12,126 bases of DNA. Origin: Candidatus Asbonarchaeum danakilense. GTDB taxonomy: Archaea; Nanohalarchaeota; Nanosalinia; Nanosalinales; Nanoanaerosalinaceae. The first letter of the stretch is position 1. Each line of letters starts with the position of its first letter. Where the stretch lies: the NCBI GenBank assembly GCA_034190465.1, contig JAXINV010000047.1, positions 1 through 12,126 on the forward strand. The letters run 5' to 3'. A program made the translations under genes and the position numbers. Positions 1 through 7,737 of this stretch are shown here, one piece after another. The notes beneath the pieces are model-generated. The model was not told where the DNA came from and did no database searches. It was given only the letters and a program-made list of their open reading frames with translations.

Positions 1-510
1 GTGTTCGTCGTGCCGGCGCTGCTGCTCCTGGTCGCCCGGACGCTGAACGTGTCCAGGGAGAAGCTGACGTCGTCGACCCGTTTCAACCCGATGACCGGGT
101 TCGCACTGCTTGCTGTCGTCGTGGTGGCGCTGTCCGGTCTTTCCTATTCGAATGCGACGACCCGTGTGAAGGGTATGGCTCCGGGCTTCCAGCAGCTTGA
201 GCCGGCGGGCAAGTGGTTCCGCGGGAAGAATGTATCGGTGCTGTCGACGTCGCCGCGTCAGGAGATGTTCTACTCCCGGAACTCGGCGGACTTTGAGATC
301 GTGGCGGCGAACAACACGAAGATGGTACGGCAGCTGCGCAGCGGGAAGTACGACTACTTCGTGATCGACGCGTATGAACGGACACGGATCGACCAGGTGA
401 AGTACGTGCAGCGGAACCTGATGAACACGTCGCTGCTCCGGCCGGTGAAGGCGTTCAGGCAGAACGGCCGGCCGGTGGTGCTCGTCTTCAGGGTGAATGC
501 TCCCGCATGA
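1..510 (+). CDS. C-terminal part of a membrane protein (5'-truncated by window), possibly a GT-C fold (ArnT/PMT-like) glycosyltransferase
   Basis: Frame is open from base 1. Two hydrophobic segments (VVPALLLLVA; FALLAVVVVALSGLSY) precede a ~115 aa soluble domain with a YDYFVID strand, as seen in GT-C C-terminal domains. The stop overlaps the next start (ATGA 507-510). The product call rests mainly on architecture and context. Confidence 0.5.
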   Translation: MFVVPALLLLVARTLNVSREKLTSSTRFNPMTGFALLAVVVVALSGLSYSNATTRVKGMAPGFQQLEPAGKWFRGKNVSVLSTSPRQEMFYSRNSADFEIVAANNTKMVRQLRSGKYDYFVIDAYERTRIDQVKYVQRNLMNTSLLRPVKAFRQNGRPVVLVFRVNAPA

Positions 511-1406
511 TCGCGGTCGTGATCTCGACGCTGAACGAGGAGGCGGCGATCGCTGATGTCCTTGCAGCGGTCCCGGCAACGATCCGGGGCGAGGAGACGC
601 GGACGTACGTCATCGACGGCGGTTCGTCGGATGCAACGGTCGAGATAGCTGAGGACCATGGTGCGGAGGTCATCCACCAGACGTATCCCGGCGGGAAGGG
701 TGCGGCGGTCAGGCAGGCGTTCGACGAGATCGATGCGGACATCTACGTCCTGCTGGACGGAGACGGCACGTACCTGCCGGAGGAGATGGAGGAACTGGTC
801 GCGCCGATCATGGACGGTGAGGCGGACCATGTGATGGGGTCGCGGATCGAGCACCGCGAGAAGGGCTCCATCCCCCGGTTCAACCTGCTGGGCAACCTGT
901 TCTTCAACTTCGTCGTCAGGCAGGTGTACGGCCGGGATATTCAGGACATGCTGACGGGCTACCGGGCGCTTGACGAGGATGTCGTCGAGCGCATGGAGCT
1001 GCTGCGTGACGGGTTCGGCATCGAGACGGAGATGACACTGCTGACGCTGGACGGTGACGCCCGGCTGCAGGAGGTCCCGATCACGTACCGCTGCCGTGAG
1101 GGCGATTCGAAGCTGCACCCGGTCCGCGACGGGCTGCGAATCATGAAGACGATCGTGTGGATGGCGCGCGACACCCGACCGATGCTGTTCTTCTCAGGGC
1201 TGTCGGCTGTCTTCTTTGCGGCGGCGCTGTACCCGTCGGCGCTGGTGGTCCAGGAGAAGTTGGCGACAGGGTTCGTGCAGCACGTGACGCCGGCGGTCCT
1301 GGCGTCGCTGCTGTACATCATGGCGCTGCAGACGTTCCTGTTCGGGATGATCGCCGACCAGCAGAAAAACACGCGGAAGCGGCTGGAGCGGAAGCTGGAC
1401 GGCTGA
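507..1406 (+). CDS. aglJ: GT2 polyprenol/dolichol-phosphate glycosyltransferase, AglJ-like
   Basis: Motifs STLNEE, IDGGSSDAT, GKGAA, DxD in LDGDGTY, DMLTGYRA, GFGIETEM, EVPITY, SKLHPVRDG, plus two C-terminal TM helices. The pattern matches the haloarchaeal AglJ/DPM1-like family. SD-like GGTGA at 492-496. Confidence 0.85.
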   Translation: MIAVVISTLNEEAAIADVLAAVPATIRGEETRTYVIDGGSSDATVEIAEDHGAEVIHQTYPGGKGAAVRQAFDEIDADIYVLLDGDGTYLPEEMEELVAPIMDGEADHVMGSRIEHREKGSIPRFNLLGNLFFNFVVRQVYGRDIQDMLTGYRALDEDVVERMELLRDGFGIETEMTLLTLDGDARLQEVPITYRCREGDSKLHPVRDGLRIMKTIVWMARDTRPMLFFSGLSAVFFAAALYPSALVVQEKLATGFVQHVTPAVLASLLYIMALQTFLFGMIADQQKNTRKRLERKLDG

Positions 1407-1411
1407 ATACG

Positions 1412-2353
1412 ATGCGGCTCGGCCGGCAGCTTGTCTCGTGGCGGTCGCTGGTCTCGGCGGCGTTGGTCGCTGCGTCGTTCTACGTGCTGTCGACGGCGGT
1501 CGATATCCGGCGGTCTGTGGCGCTGGTGCTGGACGCGGAGCTCACGCTGTTCGCGGCTGCCGTGGTGCTGTACTATGTTCCGTTCCTAGTCCGTGGCCAG
1601 CGGTGGCGGCTGCTGCTGGAACGCGCCGGCGTGGATGTGAGTCTGCCGGAGGCGTCGGAGGTGACGTTCCTGTCGTTCTTCGTGAACAATGTGATCCCGG
1701 CGCAGCTCGGCGATGTGTACCGCGGCCACCTGCTGGGCAAGCGACTGGAGGAATCCCGGTCGGAGGTGACGGGCACAGTGTTCGTGGTCCGTGTGCTGGA
1801 CTTCGTGACGCTTGTGGCGCTGGTCACGGTGCTGGGATATTTTGTTCTCGCTGCGCGGTTCTGGGAGGCGTTCCAGTACCTCCGCATCGGCTACGTGTTC
1901 GTGGCGGCGATGCTGGTGGCTGTCGCGGCGATGCTGCTGACCAGACCGCACCGCTTGCTGCCGGGACGGCTTGAGGCGGTGTACGACCGGTTCGTGGCGG
2001 GGGCATCGGCCTCGCTGGGCAGAGATAACCTCCTGCAGGTCGTGGCGCTGACGCTGACGGTGTGGCTGTTCGTGATGGTGCGGGTGTTCCTGGTGTCGCA
2101 GGCGGCCGGTGCAGGGCTGTCGTTCCCGGCCGCGGCGTTCCTGGGGCTGTTCATGATCATGCTGACGATCGTGCCGTTCACGCCGGCGGGCCTGGGGATC
2201 GTTGAGGTGCTGACGACGGCTGTCCTGTCGCTGCTCGGGGTCGATCCGGCGGTCACGCTGTCGGTGGTGCTGCTTGACAGGATGATAACGCTGGTGTCGG
2301 TCGTGATCACGGGCGGGAGTTACTATCTGTACACGGGCCGTGACGTGGTCTAG
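1412..2353 (+). CDS. UPF0104 / lysylphosphatidylglycerol-synthase TM domain protein (putative lipid-linked sugar flippase), 313 aa
   Basis: Polytopic hydrophobic protein with family motifs RGQRWRLLL, FVNNVIPAQLGDVYR, RVLD, PFTPAGLGIVE, LLDRMIT. Start reassigned to ATG 1412, just after the aglJ stop; the track's 1157 start overlaps aglJ with non-protein-like sequence. Confidence 0.85.
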   Translation: MRLGRQLVSWRSLVSAALVAASFYVLSTAVDIRRSVALVLDAELTLFAAAVVLYYVPFLVRGQRWRLLLERAGVDVSLPEASEVTFLSFFVNNVIPAQLGDVYRGHLLGKRLEESRSEVTGTVFVVRVLDFVTLVALVTVLGYFVLAARFWEAFQYLRIGYVFVAAMLVAVAAMLLTRPHRLLPGRLEAVYDRFVAGASASLGRDNLLQVVALTLTVWLFVMVRVFLVSQAAGAGLSFPAAAFLGLFMIMLTIVPFTPAGLGIVEVLTTAVLSLLGVDPAVTLSVVLLDRMITLVSVVITGGSYYLYTGRDVV

Positions 2354-3861
2354 ACGTCTATCCCGGTGATTTCGTCCCGCTCCGGGTCTCGTTCCGTGGT
2401 GAGGAGTGAGGTGGCGACGTCGCCGTCCATGTCGCCGGGGACTGGTTCGCCGAGCGCGTGGAGCAGTGTCGGCGCGAAATCCATGATGGAGAGCTCGATG
2501 CCGTCACGCTGTTCGAAGGCGTCGCCTGCGGCGATGAACACGCCGTCGGGGTGGTGGTGGCCGGACTTGTTGTCGAACGGCTCGGAGAAGATGCTGTTGG
2601 TGCCGAATTCGTAGAACCGTGTGGCGTGGTAGTGCCAGCCCCGCGGCTGGTAGACGATGTCGGGCGCTTTGTCGGTGTACGGGCCGTGGTAGATCTCGTC
2701 GCTGCGCCAGACCTGTTCGATGGCCTGTTCTCCGTCGTCCTCGAGGTCGAGCAGCGCGTCCCTGATCTGCTGGAAGGCCTCGTCATCGTCGTCGGTGAGG
2801 TAGATGGGGCCGAAGTCGCCGGCGGAGTAGGCCACGGTCTCGTCCCAGTCCAGGTCGTCGAAGCTGAAGAAAATTCTGTCGGCGAGCCACCGCAGCGGGT
2901 TGAACCCGGTGTCCTGCGCCGCTTCTGAGGCGAGGTCGCCGAGCCCGAGCTTCTTGGCGAGGCGGTAGGCCCGTGCCAGGGTGACGCCGTTCCGGTACAG
3001 GTGGTACCTGAGCAGTGAGCCGGGTGTCCGCTTCGGCGTGATCATGTCCATCTCGCGGAGCAGCGGGTTGAGGTTGAGGCCGCGCTCGAAGCTGGTGAAG
3101 CCGTGGTCGGAGACGATGATGACGTTGTCGCTGTCGTCGACCAGCTCGCCGATGCTCCTGTCGATGGCGACGTACAGCTCTTTGAGCGTGTCCTGGTAGT
3201 CGTTGCCGGGCTCGTGCTGCGGATGGTCGTCGTCCATGTGCTTCCAGAACCAGTGGCTGGCCCAGTCGACGGCCATGTATGTGTACATCGCGACGTCGGT
3301 GTCGTTCGCTTCCTCGAGCTCGTTGAAGAGTCGTGTCTTGGTCTCGATATGGTCGTGGAGTTCGTCGATCAGCTCGTCCTCGTTGCTCCCAGTGTAGGTC
3401 TTTGTCAGGTCGAGCTCGTAGTCCAGCTCCCTGAGCCGCTCGACGAGGCTGTCGGGATGGGCGGTGCCGTCGGTGTCGATGGACGGGCTGAGGATGCTGG
3501 CAAGCTCGAAGACGCCGTTGCGCTGGACGGGAAAGGAGGCGGGCACGTTGGCGTAGCCGACGCTGTATCGCTCGCTGAGAATGTCGAGGACGTTGTCCTC
3601 GCTGTGGGTGGCGGTGACGAGCTTTGTCCGTCCGTCCTTCAGCTCGGTGAAGCCGAAGACGCCGTGCTTGCCGGGGTTCTTGCCGGTGAGCATGGACGTC
3701 CAGGCGGACGGTGTGATCGGGATGTGCGTCGACTGCAGCGTGGCGAAGCTGCCGTCGTCGATCAGCTGTGACAGGTTGTCGAGCCGGCCTTCGTCGTGCA
3801 GCTCCCGGATGATGTCGGGTGAGGCGCCGTCGATGCCGATGATGATGAGGTCACTGGGCAT
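2350..3861 (-). CDS. Alkaline phosphatase superfamily / nucleotide pyrophosphatase-like protein (COG3379-type)
   Basis: Metal-binding IGIDGA, nucleophile region STHIPITPSAWTSMLTGKNPGKHGVFGF (Thr-type, no CxPxR), DWASH, VSDHGF, APDI, SGHHHPDGVFI, MDFAPTLL, PGDMDG. No signal peptide; acidic. Confidence 0.88.
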   Translation of the reverse strand: MPSDLIIIGIDGASPDIIRELHDEGRLDNLSQLIDDGSFATLQSTHIPITPSAWTSMLTGKNPGKHGVFGFTELKDGRTKLVTATHSEDNVLDILSERYSVGYANVPASFPVQRNGVFELASILSPSIDTDGTAHPDSLVERLRELDYELDLTKTYTGSNEDELIDELHDHIETKTRLFNELEEANDTDVAMYTYMAVDWASHWFWKHMDDDHPQHEPGNDYQDTLKELYVAIDRSIGELVDDSDNVIIVSDHGFTSFERGLNLNPLLREMDMITPKRTPGSLLRYHLYRNGVTLARAYRLAKKLGLGDLASEAAQDTGFNPLRWLADRIFFSFDDLDWDETVAYSAGDFGPIYLTDDDDEAFQQIRDALLDLEDDGEQAIEQVWRSDEIYHGPYTDKAPDIVYQPRGWHYHATRFYEFGTNSIFSEPFDNKSGHHHPDGVFIAAGDAFEQRDGIELSIMDFAPTLLHALGEPVPGDMDGDVATSLLTTERDPERDEITGIDV

Positions 3862-4207
3862 ACGGATCCTCGATGATCTCGCGGTCGTCGGGGTCGAACG
3901 GGAAGACGATCTGGAGGACGTCGGTCACGGCGGCGTCGAGGTTCTCGACCTGGTGTTGTTCGCCTGCCTCGATGTAGTGTGCCTCGCCTTCCTCCAGTTC
4001 GTAGAAGTCGTCGTTGACCTGCAGGTCGATGACGCCGTCCTCGACGTAGATGATGACGTTTGCTTCGCGGTGACGTTCGACAGGGGTCATGCCCTCGTTG
4101 TCGATGTGCATACGCCTGATCAGGAGGCTGCCTGTGCCGTCACTGAGCGGCATCGCGGTGTTGAGAACGGTCTCCTCGGCGCCCCACGGTGTGTCTCTGC
4201 TTGTCAT
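3851..4207 (-). CDS. Cupin-domain protein resembling the type II mannose-6-phosphate isomerase C-terminal domain
   Basis: N-terminal PWG, motif 1-like ERH...IYVEDG, motif 2 LEEGEAHYIEAGEQHQVEN. SD GGAGG at 4216-4220 (minus strand). 11-nt overlap with the downstream gene. Confidence 0.8.
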   Translation of the reverse strand: MTSRDTPWGAEETVLNTAMPLSDGTGSLLIRRMHIDNEGMTPVERHREANVIIYVEDGVIDLQVNDDFYELEEGEAHYIEAGEQHQVENLDAAVTDVLQIVFPFDPDDREIIEDPYAQ

Positions 4208-4250
4208 GGTGTGGTCCTCCGGCAGAATCTGCCCGGCCCAGCTTTTTATG
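4208..4250 (-). promoter_or_regulatory. Candidate internal promoter and SD for the cupin/AlkP genes
   Basis: On the minus strand, CATAAAAA (4250-4243) is the only AT-rich patch in the gap. It is followed by the palindrome GGCAGA-T-TCTGCC (4233-4221) and GGAGG (4220-4216), 8 nt before the ATG. Confidence 0.45.
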
Positions 4251-4267
4251 GCTGTCCGTCGCTGCGG

Positions 4268-5638
4268 TCACAGGTAGTCGAACCGGCGTTCATGCTGTGA
4301 GTGGAAGCCTGCCCGTTCATGCGACCAGGAGAACGGTTCGCGCCCCTGTTTCTGCTCGAGGAATTCGATGATCTTTTCGCTGACGTTGCTGCCGTACAGT
4401 GATTCTCCCTGACGCATCCGCTGCCGTATCTCGTCACTCTCGTAGATGTGGTCGATCATGCCGTACATGAACTCGCCGGAGATCGGTGGCACGAGCACGT
4501 TGGTGTTGGCGTCGAAGACGGTCTCGGGCCGGTCGGTGTTGAACCGCGCGGTGAGGCAGTGCGCCTCGTCGATGTGGTTGAGTTCTTCCTGCATGCTGCC
4601 GGAGTCGGTGAGCTCGGCGAAGCACTGGCCGGATTTGAGGAACTCGTAGACGTGGCCGTGCTTCTTCCACAGCCCGGTGAACAGGAAGTTGTCGTTGTTC
4701 TCGTCAAGCTGCTGCATCTTCTCCCGTAGCCCGTACTGTTCCAGGGCTTTCTTCGTGGCGTTGAGCTCGACGAGGTTGACGTTGTAGCCCTCTTCGACCA
4801 GGTCGATGACGGCGCTGATGATCGCGTCGAACCGTCCGGGCAGCAGGTTGGCTCTGCGGTGGATGTCAACCCTGATCCAGTCGTCCCGTTCCTCGAGGAG
4901 GGGGTAGATGTCGAAGACGGACTGTTCCAGGCCACGTTCCTTCATCTCGACCGCGTCGACCACTGAGTTACCGATGACGGCGATGTCTTCGCGTTTGCCG
5001 GTGTCGTACCCTTCGCGCTTCAGGTGCTCTCTGTTGAGTTCTGTTGGGGCAAGGTAGTACTCGGAGGCGGCGGACCCGACGAAGGTGTCGTACTGTTCGG
5101 GGAACGGTTCGTTCCGGTCGATCTCCCATTTTCCGTCGAACTGGGACTGGATGAACTGCTGTTCGTCGCCGTGGTGCTGGTAGTCGGGAGCCATGCCGCG
5201 CAGCCCTGCCTCGTTGTGCGCGACGCGCTGGTTGGTGGCGAACATCCATGCCTGCGGCACGATGCCGGCGGCCAGGGTGTCGCCGTGGACGATGGGCAGG
5301 ACGGTGGTGTCGGGGTAATCATCGTTGAGGTGGTCGGCGAACGCTTTGATCCGTGTCATGAGCTCGGCGCTCTTCTGGCTGAGACCGCCCCTGATCCCGA
5401 GGTCGACGCCGACACGGTCGTCGACGCCGTACTCCTCCAGGCCGTGTCCGAGCAGGTCGTCGTAGTGTTGCCCGGTGTGCATGACGAACGCGGGCATGTC
5501 CTGGTCGTCGGCGGCTGGGATGAGCGGCGCCTGCTTGTAGAAGTCGGGTTTGGTGGCGGTGACGACGGCGAGGACGAAGTCTCCCTGTTCCATCTGCCGC
5601 TCAAGTTCGCCGTCGTGGATCTGCATCTGGTCGTCCAT
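4268..5638 (-). CDS. wecB: UDP-N-acetylglucosamine 2-epimerase family protein (WecB-like, divergent)
   Basis: Motifs ATKPDFYKQAP, HTGQHYD, HGDT, HNEAGLR, PFPE, GNSVVDA, HRRAN, TDSGSMQEE, TDRPET occur in the canonical order. Confidence 0.85.
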   Translation of the reverse strand: MDDQMQIHDGELERQMEQGDFVLAVVTATKPDFYKQAPLIPAADDQDMPAFVMHTGQHYDDLLGHGLEEYGVDDRVGVDLGIRGGLSQKSAELMTRIKAFADHLNDDYPDTTVLPIVHGDTLAAGIVPQAWMFATNQRVAHNEAGLRGMAPDYQHHGDEQQFIQSQFDGKWEIDRNEPFPEQYDTFVGSAASEYYLAPTELNREHLKREGYDTGKREDIAVIGNSVVDAVEMKERGLEQSVFDIYPLLEERDDWIRVDIHRRANLLPGRFDAIISAVIDLVEEGYNVNLVELNATKKALEQYGLREKMQQLDENNDNFLFTGLWKKHGHVYEFLKSGQCFAELTDSGSMQEELNHIDEAHCLTARFNTDRPETVFDANTNVLVPPISGEFMYGMIDHIYESDEIRQRMRQGESLYGSNVSEKIIEFLEQKQGREPFSWSHERAGFHSQHERRFDYL

Positions 5639-5689
5639 CGTGGTGCCCTGTAGGAGGATTGCTCCCGAAGGTACAAGTGTGTTGTGGCG

Positions 5690-6604
5690 TTACAACCGGT
5701 CCTGGAGGTGCTTCACGGCGACCTCGGTGCCCTTTTTCCCGGCCTCCTCCAGGTCGCTGCCCTGCATCCTGGCGTGGAGGAACCCGGCGTCGTACGCGTC
5801 GCCGGTCCCTGTCGGGTTGGAGGGGTTGTCGACGTGGTCGGTCGGTATCTTGTGGTGGCCGTCTTCGTCGAAGATCGTGGAGCCGCGCTCGCCCTGGTGC
5901 ACGACGATGGTGTCCGCACCTTTCTTCCGGAGGAAGTCGACTGCCGCTGCCAGGGTGTCCTTCTTGGCGAGCTGGGCGACCTCTTCCTCGTTCCCCATGA
6001 GGAGGTCGGCGTGCTCCAGTGCGTCGTAGAACTGTCTGCGCCGCCTGTCGGCCTTCCCGCTGTCCCGGTTCCAGTGCGGATCCCAGTGCAGGTCGATGGA
6101 GGTCTCGGCGCCGTGCTCCTTGGCGGTCCGAAGTAGTTCTTCGTTGCCGCCGTCCAGCATCGGGTCCGAGAACCAGACGCCACGCCTGGCGACGTGTTCA
6201 GCGTCCTTGACGGCCTCCATGTCGATGTCCTCGAGGCTGAGCTGTGCGTTGTTCTCGGTGTGGCTGATGTAGTGCCGCTGCCCGTCCTGCCAGGTGACGG
6301 CGAGCGTGGTGCCGGTCTTGACGCCGGGGTCGAGGTTGACCCGTGGCACGACGCCCTGGTCCGCGAGGTGGTCGTGCAGGAATTCGCCGTGACGGTCGTC
6401 GCCGAGTTTGCCGTGGAAGGCGACGTCGCCGCCGAGCCCGGCGAGCTGGACGGCGAAGTTGGCGCCCTGCCCACCCCTGCGGTAGACGACGTCCTCGACG
6501 AAGACCTGTCCGTCCTTCTTGATCGGGACGTCCTTCTCGATCGGTTTGGGGATGATGTCCATGTTGATGTCGCCGACGACGGCGATGTCTGTGTCTTCAG
6601 TCAT
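5690..6604 (-). CDS. PfkB/ribokinase-family carbohydrate kinase
   Basis: VVGDINMD, GGQGANFAVQLAGLG, GKLGDDRHG, NEEE, GERGS, anion-hole motif NPTGTGDAYDAGF. SD GGTGAT at 6610-6615 (minus strand). ATGA overlap with the upstream gene. Confidence 0.92.
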   Translation of the reverse strand: MTEDTDIAVVGDINMDIIPKPIEKDVPIKKDGQVFVEDVVYRRGGQGANFAVQLAGLGGDVAFHGKLGDDRHGEFLHDHLADQGVVPRVNLDPGVKTGTTLAVTWQDGQRHYISHTENNAQLSLEDIDMEAVKDAEHVARRGVWFSDPMLDGGNEELLRTAKEHGAETSIDLHWDPHWNRDSGKADRRRRQFYDALEHADLLMGNEEEVAQLAKKDTLAAAVDFLRKKGADTIVVHQGERGSTIFDEDGHHKIPTDHVDNPSNPTGTGDAYDAGFLHARMQGSDLEEAGKKGTEVAVKHLQDRL

Positions 6605-7731
6605 GCTGTATCACCGTAGATGAGGTCGCTGACGACGAGGGCGTAGTCCCATGCGTTCTTGACGGGCACGTGCGGGATGTCGTTCTCTCTGCAGTATTCC
6701 TCCGCTGGCATGCCCTGCTGCGGGAAGGCGAGCGCGTTCTCACCTTCCATGACGTCGCTCTCCTTGTCGCCGACGTGGAGGATGACGTAGTCGTCCTCGC
6801 TGCCCTCGAAGTAGTCCTGTGCCAGGGCGTTGGCGCCGCGCTCTTTGCTGACGTCGGCGGTCTCCTTGATGTAGTCGGTGCCCCAGTCGGGGTTGTGCTC
6901 GTGATCCCAGTCGTCGCCCAGTGCCCGCCTGACGAAGCCGTGAGCGTCGTCCATGTCGATGTCGGCGTCGCTGCGGTCCCGCTCGAGCGCGACCCGTCCG
7001 TCGCCTGTTTCATGGAACCGGACGCCCACGAAGGTGTAGTCATGCCGCAGCACCTGGCTGAGTGTCTCCGTGGTTTCTTGGGTGCTCTCGTAGATGATGC
7101 GGTCGTGCTGTTCGTCGTAATCGAAGCCGTCGACGTCTCTGAGCTCGTCCCAGAGGTCCTTGGTGGTGGCCTCAGGGTGGGCGTCGAAGTGCTGGTAGGT
7201 CTCGCCCCGCGGATCGCCGGGCCTGCCCTCGCCTTCGACACGGGTGCAGCCGACGACGGATGAGAAGTTGCCTTGTTCGAGCAGTTTGCGGTCTTCCTGT
7301 GCGGCCTGCTCGTACAGCTGCTGTTTGAGCTCGATGAGGTCGTCGGGGTCCTCGCTGGGGTGGACCTGTCTGACGTCGTCGCCGAGCTGGTAGATGGAAC
7401 CCAACTCGCCGACGAGCTCCATGCGTTCCTCCAGTTCGAGCCGGTTGCTGCGGAAGTGGTCGAGCGTCCCGAGGTCGTAGCCGGAGATCATGGCTGTGAG
7501 GACGCTGTCGTCGTCGAGCGGGAGCGTGCGGATGGCTGCGGTGACCTGGTCGTTCGGAAGCAGCTCTGAGCTGTCCCGGTCGGTCAGCGGCCCGTTCATG
7601 TCGAAGCCGACGAGCACGTCCCGTTCGTCGAGGTCGATGTCGCGCTCGTCGAGGATTTTGCGGGCCTGGTTGACTTTGTCCTGGATGTACGGGTCGATGT
7701 TGGCGTACTGGAGCTTGTCCTGCACGGTCAT
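6601..7731 (-). CDS. Divergent HAD-superfamily (C2-cap, IIB-like) protein
   Basis: Motif I-like VGFDMNGPLT, motif II MISG, GELGS (equivalent to aEnG), motif III VSKERGA, motif IV HVGDKESD, with a long cap between motifs II and III. Acidic composition matches its neighbours. Confidence 0.65.
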   Translation of the reverse strand: MTVQDKLQYANIDPYIQDKVNQARKILDERDIDLDERDVLVGFDMNGPLTDRDSSELLPNDQVTAAIRTLPLDDDSVLTAMISGYDLGTLDHFRSNRLELEERMELVGELGSIYQLGDDVRQVHPSEDPDDLIELKQQLYEQAAQEDRKLLEQGNFSSVVGCTRVEGEGRPGDPRGETYQHFDAHPEATTKDLWDELRDVDGFDYDEQHDRIIYESTQETTETLSQVLRHDYTFVGVRFHETGDGRVALERDRSDADIDMDDAHGFVRRALGDDWDHEHNPDWGTDYIKETADVSKERGANALAQDYFEGSEDDYVILHVGDKESDVMEGENALAFPQQGMPAEEYCRENDIPHVPVKNAWDYALVVSDLIYGDTA

Positions 7732-7737
7732 GGCTGA

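Noticed and set aside
354..1118. 254-aa minus-strand ORF, and similar antisense ORFs such as 3103-3771, 5024-5653, 6670-7263 and 10953-11459
   Set aside because: Antisense shadows of well-supported genes caused by high GC3 codon bias; no family motifs.
1157..1411. 85-codon N-terminal extension of the flippase-like ORF
   Set aside because: Overlaps aglJ in another frame with G/A/R-rich non-protein-like sequence; ATG 1412 fits the domain start.
2350..3861. Calling this gene an arylsulfatase
   Set aside because: No C/S-x-P-x-R formylglycine motif; the nucleophile region is NPP/COG3379-like.
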